Shown here in pieces: positions 11,875 through 19,790 of a stretch of DNA of 52,665 bases (positions are counted from its first letter, which is position 1; the number at the start of each line of letters is the position of its first letter). Under the pieces are notes generated by a model. The model saw only the letters and a list, made by a program, of their open reading frames with translations, was not told the origin of the DNA and ran no database searches. The DNA lies in contig NC_068981.1 in the NCBI RefSeq assembly GCF_001194135.2, forward strand, positions 36,717,442-36,770,106. Reading direction: 5' to 3'. Both the position numbers and the translations under genes were made by a program. This DNA comes from Octopus bimaculoides (lineage: Eukaryota).

Positions 11875-11920
11875 AACACAACATTTCAGCCAATATACCC
11901 TCCAGCCTTCAACAGGTGTC
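11875..11920 (-). ncRNA. decayed minimal type I hammerhead ribozyme motif (left arm)
   Basis: GACAC-CTGTTGA-A-GGCTG-GAGGGTATAT-TGGCT-GAAA-TGTT-GTGTT. Stem I is GACAC/GTGTT and stem II is GGCTG/TGGCT with wobble pairs. Confidence 0.55.
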
Positions 11921-12017
11921 TTGGGGAAATTTAAAACCTGGGATCTCATTCCCAAGGTATTTTTCGATGTTGTTTTATTATCATTATTATTATTATTATT
12001 ATTACTATTATTATTAT

Positions 12018-12095
12018 TCAGGTCACTGCTTGGAATCGAACTCGGAATTTTGGGGTTAGTAGCCCGTGCTCTTATGCTCTTAACCACTACACCAT
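12018..12095 (-). promoter_or_regulatory. tRNA-like (Pol III type 2) head with A and B boxes
   Basis: The minus strand reads TGGTGTAGTGGTTAAGAGC(ATAAGAGC)ACGGGCTACTAACCCCAAAATTCCGAGTTCGATTCC. A box TGGTGTAGTGG at 12094-12084, B box GAGTTCGATTCC at 12043-12032. The anticodon-like loop CTACTAA is closed by GGG/CCC and resembles tRNA-Ser(GCT). Not a functional tRNA. Confidence 0.75.
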
Positions 12096-12155
12096 AATAA
12101 TAACAACATCGAAAAATATCTTGGGAATGAGAACCCAGGTTCAAAATTTCCCCAA

Positions 12156-12200
12156 GACACCTGATAAAGGCTGGAGGGTATATTGGTCAAAACATGTTCA
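12156..12200 (+). ncRNA. decayed hammerhead motif (inverted right arm), probably inactive
   Basis: GACAC-CTGATAA-A-GGCTG-GAGGGTATAT-TGGTC-AAAA-CATG. G8 and G12 are lost. Confidence 0.4.
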
Positions 12201-13244
12201 CAACAAACAAGATGAGGACAAATATCCATCAAATGTAAATAATGTAAATTGTATTAAGATAATATTTATAATAATGGTTTCAAATTTTGGCACAAGGCCA
12301 TTAATTTTAGGAAGTGAAGGCTTAGTTGCATGATTATATATGTTTTTGAAAGAATGAAAGATTGAAGTGAAAAATGTTTCATTTGAATTTGAGAGGATTA
12401 ATAAAGTTCATAGATTAGTTATCCCTCATGTATCCTCTTGCAAGAAGCAAATCAATTCTATAACTGTTTCCCCTATACAGTTTAGCAAGGGATCTCACTT
12501 ATATAAATACTATTTTAGGACATACAACTTTAAATGCAATTTCAAAATGACCCTACAAGGTACAGTACACATTCTATACGATGCCCTTTCAAGTCAATAA
12601 TATAAGCCATGCAGGACACCTTCATTCTATACATGGCAATTTCAATTTGAAAACCAGTACAATATTCATGCTTGACAATCATTGCTAGTATTGTATATAC
12701 TTCTCTTCAGAACATACAATATACAAGGGCAACACTAAAACAACTGATAAAACAACATGACCACCCCTCATATCACAATTAATTGTGTGTAACAAAAACT
12801 TCACCATTTTTCTCCACAGACTAAGTTTGAAGTGAACATTTTGCATGAAACTACTGAAAGTACATAACAACAACAACAACAAAAACAACAGCAACAACAA
12901 CAACAACAACAACAGTTAGCATAAAATAATAATCATCATTATAATAAAAGCAATGTTAATAATATTAAAATAACTAATCAAGATATACGGAAAAGATAAC
13001 TAAAAGATTGTGTTTCAAGGGAAATTACATTGGAAATAATTCAAAGATATCTTATGTAAAAGTGGTTGGTTATTTTCACTTTGAATGGAAGTGGAATAAA
13101 ATTTGTATTGAAGATAGGAAATGAGTCTGTTACCTAGAGATAGTATCATTATCTTTTCTGAAAACATTCACAATCACTTTTTTTATGTGAGTCTGATTTT
13201 CAGATATTTAACAAATTTTGGAAATGAGAAGAACAAATGATATT

Positions 13245-13280
13245 AGAATTATTGTTGCTGTTGTTGTTGTTGTTGTTGTA

Positions 13281-13377
<97 letters not shown>

Positions 13378-13412
13378 GTAGTAGTAGTAGTAATAGTAGA
13401 AGTAGCAGTAGT
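13245..13412. repeat. compound (TTG)n/(ATT)n/(AGT)n microsatellite
   Basis: Read directly. Confidence 0.95.
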
Positions 13413-13889
13413 AGTTGTATCAGTATTATTAGTTCACTAGTCTCATTGCACAATCAAGTACAGTGTTGAGTGTCTTGCACATGAGTGGTGGTTTATTTGG
13501 GTTTTCTCTTTAGCAAAAAATAATTTACCTAAATTTCATGCGGTGTCTAGCAGGACTATTTACTGTATGTTATGTATCTCTCTCTCTCTCTTTTTCATCA
13601 TTCAAGAGGCCCCTATTATTACAGGGATTGCTTCTATCTTCAGTCACCACATTTTGGTTATTCATAATTCTAGTCTTATATTTAGATAGCTTCTATTTTT
13701 CTTTTAGAAATATATTGCTATCTGTTAAAACTGATGCAACACTTAAGGGAAATTTCTTTTCCTTATGGTTAGATTTCTTAAATCTTCTTTTCTATTTGGA
13801 ATGGCATATCTCAGAGTATGACCATTTTGTCATTGCTTGAAACTGTTTGTACTGAATGTTTCAACAATTTCTTTCTATGAATATCCATA

Positions 13890-14022
13890 TAGGTGTAGAC
13901 ATGGCTGTGTGGTGAGAAGTTGGTTTCCTCACCACATGCTTCTGGGTTCTGTCACACTGTGGCCTCTCGCTAACCAATGACTTGAGTAGATTTGGTCGAT
14001 GGAAACTGTAAAAAGCCTGTCA
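13890..14022 (+). mobile_element. tRNA-derived SINE (family D) 5' module
   Basis: TAGGTGTAGACATGGCTGTGTGGTGAGAAG...GGGTTCTGTC...GATTTGGTCGATGGAAACTGTAAAAAGCCTGTC followed by (TA)n; homologous to 21516-21667 and 46776-46925. Confidence 0.75.
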
Positions 14023-14028
14023 TATACA

Positions 14029-14106
<78 letters not shown>

Positions 14107-14120
14107 GTATGTATATATAT

Positions 14121-14281
14121 TTTTTTCTCCGTGTTTTTCTCCTTGTCTCCGTATTCTTTCTGTTGAAGAGCGTAGCTCGAAACGTCAAAGACTTTCCGTA
14201 TTCCCGAGCGTCATACTAATATATACTTTTGTTATTTACACCACCTGTCCTCGTCTGTTGTTATTTTTTGTATATTCTCCC
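14121..14281 (+). mobile_element. ~160-bp CpG-retaining hammerhead-bearing monomer (solo PLE terminal repeat / retrozyme-like) inside (TA)n
   Basis: Bounded by TA repeats on both sides, CpG-rich compared with its flanks, and contains the hammerhead at 14155-14191. Confidence 0.6.
14155..14191 (+). ncRNA. minimal type I hammerhead ribozyme, non-canonical core (A6U, extra A after A9)
   Basis: TCTTT-CTGTTGA-A-GAGC-GTA-GCTC-GAAA-C-GTC-AAAGA. Perfect 5-bp stem I and 4-bp stem II, ACGT palindrome as stem III, GUC triplet (cleavage after 14186). Confidence 0.65.
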
Positions 14282-14318
<37 letters not shown>

Positions 14319-14341
14319 TATGTATGTGTGTGTGTGTGTGT

Positions 14342-14597
14342 TTGTGGTGCATTGCTGTACTCAAGAAGACCACAACAGAATTGATATCCTGAAACCAAGG
14401 TGCCATATAAAAAGCACTGGTGATGGTGCCACATAAAACGCACCCAGTACACTCTTTGAAGGGGTTGGCATTAGGAAGAGCATTAAGCTATAGAAATCAT
14501 GCCAAAACAGACCATGGAACCTGGTGCAGACTTTGGCCTTGCCAACGCCTGTCAAACCATCCAACCCATGCCAGCATGGAAAACAGACATTAAATGA
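14342..14597 (+). mobile_element. RTE 3' tail-related copy
   Basis: ...TACACTCT...GGTTGGCATTAGGAAGAGCAT...CCAACCCATGCCAGCATGGAAAACAGACATTAAATGAT. Confidence 0.8.
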
Positions 14598-14619
14598 TAT
14601 ATATATCGATATGTGTGTG

Positions 14620-14838
14620 TGTGTGTGTGTCTTTGTGTTGTCTCCTACCATTGTTTGACAATCGGTGTTGTATGTCTACATCCCCATAATTTAGTACTTT
14701 AGCAATAGAGACCATTAAAATGAGTACCATGCTTAAAAGAAATAAGTACTTCGGTCGATTCATTTGACTAAAAGTATTCAAGACAGTACACCAGGTTGGC
14801 TACAATCTAATAACTCTAACAAGTAAAAGATAAAAGAT
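14620..14838 (+). mobile_element. probable 3' module of SINE family D
   Basis: GTGTGTCTTTGTGTTGTCTCCTACCATTGTTTGACAATCGG...GGTCGATTCATTTGACTAAA...AACAAGTAAAAGATAAAAGATAA. The same start (GTGTTTGTCTGTTTGTCCTCC) follows the head and (TA)n at about 46960. Confidence 0.55.
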
Positions 14839-14937
14839 AATGTTATCATAGTTTCTACTTTATAAAATCTCCAGTTCAATCATGTCTGTATATTGAATCA
14901 TTTTTCATTAAAGTAGCCACAAGCTATATCACTGATT

Positions 14938-15025
14938 CATCATCATCGCTTAGTGTCCGTTTTGCATGTGGCATGGGTTGGACAGTTTGACAGGAGTGGC
15001 CAGCCGATGGGGCTGTGCAGACTCA
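14938..15025 (-). mobile_element. RTE 3' tail fragment
   Basis: CATCATC...GTCCGTTTTGCATGTGGCATGGGTTGGACAGTTTGAC is the reverse complement of the tail. Confidence 0.7.
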
Positions 15026-15059
15026 TTTCATAATCTTCATATAGTCAGCAGTTACTTTT

Positions 15060-15880
15060 ACACTCTACTTTTTATGTACATATTTTTTTGTAGCTTCTAG
15101 AATTGATCATGTTGTTATACAATAAAACATCCTTCAGTTTTTAGCTTTGAGATATGTGCTTCTCAGTGTGCCCTCAGTTTTCTGATTTAGTAATTTTGCT
15201 TTGTTTAATTATATTAGTTGTTCACAATGAGGATGCTTGCCTCTCCTATGTCTTCACATGACATTTTGTGATTCCATTTTCAATTCTAATTTTTAGATCG
15301 TAAATAGTTTTTCTTGTTGTTTCTCTATTCTCTTCAGAACTGCTTGTTACCTCAAATTGAACTTACTTTTTGGTTTCCCTCAAGACAGTAAACTGCAAAA
15401 TATATTGCCCTAGGTTGAATTTTTTTTTCTCTTTCTTTTTACTGTAGAATACACCTAACTCCTTATACTTGTGGTTGATATAATCTTTTTGTGTTGGTAT
15501 TTGGGTAGTATATTCTAAATGCAGTAATTATTTTTTCTTGTCTGGTCTTTCATTTGTGAATATTGTAACAATGACTTATTATTGGAACCATTAGCATAAC
15601 TGGTACCTATAGTCTTCGTTTTGGTATTTGTCTCTGTTATAAATATCAATTTAATGCATCTATATTCTTAACCTCACTTTACACTCTGTTTTCATTGGTC
15701 AAAGTTTCCATGGTACATTTTACTAAATCAAATTTCATGTCAGTTGCTCTACTAAGTCCATGTACTGTCTGTAGTAATGTTTGTAGTTGTTTGTCATCTG
15801 TAGCTTAAAACATAAGGTCAGTCTCATGCAAAATATGGTTGATTGTCTTCCCATAGTATTTCTGTCAACAAAGTTATGAC
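15060..15880 (-). mobile_element. degenerate non-LTR retrotransposon RT region, R4/Dong-like
   Basis: Minus-strand pieces GKTINHILHETDLMF*ATDDKQLQTLLQTVHGLSRATDMKFDLVKC, YKELGV and LKTEGCFIV*QHDQ match the HLLYMDDLKLY...KQL..LL.TV..FS.DIGMKFGLDKC, YKYLGV and LKAETEGFIIAAQDQ motifs of that group. Confidence 0.7.
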
Positions 15881-15902
15881 TCAAAAGTTGTTATGATTTC
15901 TC

Positions 15903-16230
15903 TTCTTCTTAAGCTCCCTGTGGAGCAGAGGTCATCAAGGACTTCCCTCCACTGTTCTTGAATCTAGGCTGTCTTAAGACCTTTCTATCCCAGATCTTGT
16001 TGACTTTGAATAGTCATCAATGCTTCTGTACCTTTGTTTTTTACTAGGTCAGAATGTTGGACCTATTCAAACCTGTTTTTAACTCTGAAAAGAGGCAGTC
16101 CATATTAGTCTGGTTTCTATCCTCTGACCTGGCCAGCATAGGAACCCTACAAGCAGCTTGTGTTTCATTGACACAGCTTTGATGGTCATTGAGGTATGCA
16201 AGCTACTACACTGCAACAAGGAATGGACCT
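15903..16230 (-). mobile_element. bipartite non-autonomous RTE derivative (5' UTR fused to 3' end)
   Basis: The minus strand begins CCTTGTTGCAGTGTAGTAGCTTGCATACCTCAATGACC (BovB/RTE-type 5' end) and ends CAGTGGAGGGAAGTCCTTGATGACCTCTGCTCCACAGGGAGCTTAAGAAGAAGA (RTE-type ORF end QWREVLDDLCSTGS plus GAA tail). Confidence 0.55.
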
Positions 16231-16249
16231 TATGGTAGATTACTATGAT

Positions 16250-16380
16250 TAAGGCAGTGGGATTTTTCTGTTTCTTTATGCTCTGTGTTCAAATCCGGCT
16301 GTGGTCAACTTCACCTTTCATCTTTCCAGAGTCAATAAATTACTCCAATTGATTTAATCAACCAAGCCTTGTCACACTCA
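16250..16380 (+). mobile_element. SINE family C fragment
   Basis: TGTGTTCAAATCC...GTCAACTTCACCTTTCATCTTTCCAGAGTCAATAAAT. Confidence 0.65.
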
Positions 16381-16439
16381 AGAAAACCTGTACTCTGCAG
16401 CAGAAGTGCTAAGACTGATCCTGCTGATAGTGTTAAGTA

Positions 16440-16670
16440 TTCATGGCAGTGTCACATAAAAGTGCCCATGCACCTGTGTGTTGACATGTAATAGTACCCA
16501 TGCAGAGCCACATAAGTGTGCTCATATGGTTGGCATTGGGAAGGGCATACAGTGGTAGAAACCATGCCAAATCAGACTGGAGTCTGGTGTAGCTCCCCAG
16601 CTTGACAGTTCTGGTCAAACCCATGCCTGCATGGACAGCAGACGTTAAATGATGATGATGATGATGATGA
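16440..16670 (+). mobile_element. RTE 3' tail copy with (GAT)n tail
   Basis: ...GGTTGGCATTGGGAAGGGCAT...CATGCCAAATCAGACTGGAGTCTGG...ATGGACAGCAGACGTTAAATGATGATGATGATGATG. Confidence 0.85.
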
Positions 16671-16744
16671 AGCTACTTCACCTGATTTTGAGGCTTTATG
16701 CCTCTGTTAGAAACAATTAGTACTTCAATCGACAGAAGTGCTGG

Positions 16745-16920
16745 ACCATCAAAAATGCTGTGTGGTTGGTATTTGTTCTGGCTCTTTATGTTCTGAGTTC
16801 AAATCCTACCATGGTTATACTTTGCCTATCATCCTTCCAGAATTGAGAACAAAATAAAGAAACAGTCAAGAACTGGAATTTATTTAATTAAATAAATCTT
16901 CCTTGCAGCTTGTGACCTGG
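16745..16920 (+). mobile_element. SINE family C fragment
   Basis: GTTCTGAGTTCAAATCCTACCATGG...TTTGCCTATCATCCTTCC. Confidence 0.6.
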
Positions 16921-17209
16921 TATCTCTGAAAGAAATCAATGAGTTCAAGACCATTTATGTATTTGATGTTATTAACTAATTATTATTATCAGAAAGGCTT
17001 CACTTCAAAGTAGTCACAATAAGTAGCTTCCTTTGAGTAATCTGCACCCCTCTCTCCCCATTTTATATACATACATATGTACATACATACACACTCACAC
17101 ACACATACACACACACACACACACACACTCACACACACTCACACACACTCACTCACACACACACACACACATACATACATACATATACATATATATATAT
17201 ATATTTATA

Positions 17210-17710
17210 TAGTGTAAGCACCCTGAGAAAAATGTTGGACATAAGAAGCATCAGATGTGGTGTGCAAGAGAGACGTTTGCGTTGGTATGGTCATGTACTA
17301 CGGATGGATGAGGAGATCTGTGTAAAGAAGTGCCACTCCCAAACAGTGGAAAGAATCCAGGGTAGAGGGAGACCCAGGAAGACATAGGATGAGGTGGTGA
17401 AGTATGAGCTTTGAACGTTGAGCCTCACAGAGGCAATGACAAAAGACTGAGAACTCTGGAGATATGCTGTGACTGAGAAGACCTGGCAAATAAAGTGAGT
17501 TCAAAGCTGTAACCTACACCAGTGTTTCATAACCAGCCCACTCAAAAGTACCTTAGATGGTAGGGTGACATGCCATGCTTAAGGAGACCTATTGAATCGA
17601 ATACATCAAAACCAAAATCAAATGGAAATTGTAGTTGTGATCCCCATGCTGGTAGCATGTAAAAATTACTCACTACACTCTTGGGGTGGTTGGCGTTAGG
17701 AAGGGCATCC
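17210..17710 (+). mobile_element. RTE LINE 3' portion (ORF C-terminus + 3' UTR), cut by N gap
   Basis: Encodes RRLRWYGHVLRMDEEICVKKC...GRGRPRKT, collinear with 38680-38950, and ends in GGTTGGCGTTAGGAAGGGCATCC at the gap. Confidence 0.88.
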
Positions 17711-17910
17711 NNNNNNNNNNNNNNNNNNNNNNNNNNNNNNNNNNNNNNNNNNNNNNNNNNNNNNNNNNNNNNNNNNNNNNNNNNNNNNNNNNNNNNNNNN
17801 NNNNNNNNNNNNNNNNNNNNNNNNNNNNNNNNNNNNNNNNNNNNNNNNNNNNNNNNNNNNNNNNNNNNNNNNNNNNNNNNNNNNNNNATATATATATATA
17901 TATATATATA

Positions 17911-18066
17911 ATGTCTTACATTTCAGATGATCCCCATACATTTCCCTGAGGAGGAGTTTACATTTTTAACATCGATGATTCCTATGGATCGCACAAATTG
18001 TAATTCTTCGAAACATATGTCGGAATAAAGTATGCAGTTATAACATGCGTTCACTCCATTCCTTAA
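17911..18066 (+). mobile_element. ~155-bp hammerhead-bearing monomer flanked by (TA)n (PLE terminal repeat / retrozyme-like)
   Basis: TA repeats at 17888-17910 and about 18067-18084; CpG-retaining; hammerhead followed immediately by AATAAA (18024-18029). Confidence 0.6.
17942..18025 (+). ncRNA. type I hammerhead ribozyme with intact canonical core
   Basis: Stem I TTCC (17942-45)/GGAA (18022-25); core CTGAGGA (17946-52); stem II GGAG (17953-56)/CTTC (18006-09) extended by TTACA/TGTAA; GAAA (18010-13); stem III AC-ATAT-GT (palindrome ACATATGT); GUC triplet with cleavage after C18021. Confidence 0.75.
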
Positions 18067-18703
18067 ATTTATATATATATACACATAATAAAGTGACAAA
18101 TCACAATTTGCTAAAGCTTGTAATCACAGGACAGTCGACCATGTTGATATGCAAAGAATACAGCACAACTGTAATCAAAACCCATGACTACATTACTTGG
18201 TTGCAAGCCAATCAGCTTAGATATAGTTTTCCTTTATGACAATTATTAACATTTAATTAATATTGATACTGAACAGAATGCAGAATATTGTCATTGTCAC
18301 GTTCATGCTCAATACATAATTATGTTATCCCAGTGCAATTATCTGTTATTTTTTTATTTACTTGACAGCACGAAATAAAATATCTTTCCACTGAAATTTT
18401 GCTTCCAAATTTCATGTGTGTGAAGTTGGAACTGACAAATAAAATTTAATTTGAAAAAAATTAATTATATGTGGCATGATACTGAATTCTCCATGAACCA
18501 TAAGTTCTGGTTTTAAACCACCCACAAGCTTTTTCATATGTTTAAAACTGGTTTACTCTCAAGTAAGTCAAGCTGTGTCTTTGATATAGCTAAGGGTGAA
18601 TGGTGGGCATGACTAAAGTAAGTCAGTATGTGAAGACTTTTCCCTATATTTACTGCATGCATAAGTATATATATATATATATATACATATATATACATAT
18701 ATA

Positions 18704-19491
18704 NNNNNNNNNNNNNNNNNNNNNNNNNNNNNNNNNNNNNNNNNNNNNNNNNNNNNNNNNNNNNNNNNNNNNNNNNNNNNNNNNNNNNNNNNNNNNNNNN
18801 NNNNNNNNNNNNNNNNNNNNNNNNNNNNNNNNNNNNNNNNNNNNNNNNNNNNNNNNNNNNNNNNNNNNNNNNNNNNNNNNNNNNNNNNNNNNNNNNNNNN
18901 NNNNNNNNNNNNNNNNNNNNNNNNNNNNNNNNNNNNNNNNNNNNNNNNNNNNNNNNNNNNNNNNNNNNNNNNNNNNNNNNNNNNNNNNNNNNNNNNNNNN
19001 NNNNNNNNNNNNNNNNNNNNNNNNNNNNNNNNNNNNNNNNNNNNNNNNNNNNNNNNNNNNNNNNNNNNNNNNNNNNNNNNNNNNNNNNNNNNNNNNNNNN
19101 NNNNNNNNNNNNNNNNNNNNNNNNNNNNNNNNNNNNNNNNNNNNNNNNNNNNNNNNNNNNNNNNNNNNNNNNNNNNNNNNNNNNNNNNNNNNNNNNNNNN
19201 NNNNNNNNNNNNNNNNNNNNNNNNNNNNNNNNNNNNNNNNNNNNNNNNNNNNNNNNNNNNNNNNNNNNNNNNNNNNNNNNNNNNNNNNNNNNNNNNNNNN
19301 NNNNNNNNNNNNNNNNNNNNNNNNNNNNNNNNNNNNNNNNNNNNNNNNNNNNNNNNNNNNNNNNNNNNNNNNNNNNNNNNNNNNNNNNNNNNNNNNNNNN
19401 NNNNNNNNNNNNNNNNNNNNNNNNNNNNNNNNNNNNNNNNNNNNNNNNNNNNNNNNNNNNNNNNNNNNNNNNNNNNNNNNNNNNNNNNNNN
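18704..19491. other. assembly gap (largest); other gaps at 10311-10340, 17711-17887, 40172-40242, 46548-46664, 51046-51066
   Basis: Runs of N, mostly bordered by microsatellites. Confidence 1.
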
Positions 19492-19524
<33 letters not shown>

Positions 19525-19790
19525 ATATAACTATATATATTTATAAAATACAAAATAATAGGAATTCAAAAATCCAGGCAGATATCTGTAAATCCCCTGT
19601 AGCTGTCTAGACTTGGCTAACTATATCAATCATTCAGAGTCCATTGAATCCAAAAGGGACTAACATCCTTGGTTGTATTGCTAGTCTGATCCATAAATCT
19701 AAAGTTCTTTGAAGAATTTTGAAAAAAATTTCAGTGTATATAAAAAATGAATTAACTAGGCTGAAGAGTAACACATCTTTAATACAGAAT

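Larger units (their letters stand above)
11785..12246 (-). mobile_element. composite short retroposon: tRNA-like head + (AAT)n + hammerhead-bearing body, plus an inverted copy of the body
   Basis: Arms 11828-11974 and 12102-12243 are reverse complements (about 14 substitutions and one indel over about 145 bp, my count). Direct repeat AATTGTATTAA at 11774-11784 and 12247-12257. Confidence 0.8.

Noticed and set aside
12018-12095. Possible tRNA-Ser gene
   Set aside because: No acceptor stem pairing, an internal 8-bp duplication and no long variable arm; it is a SINE head.
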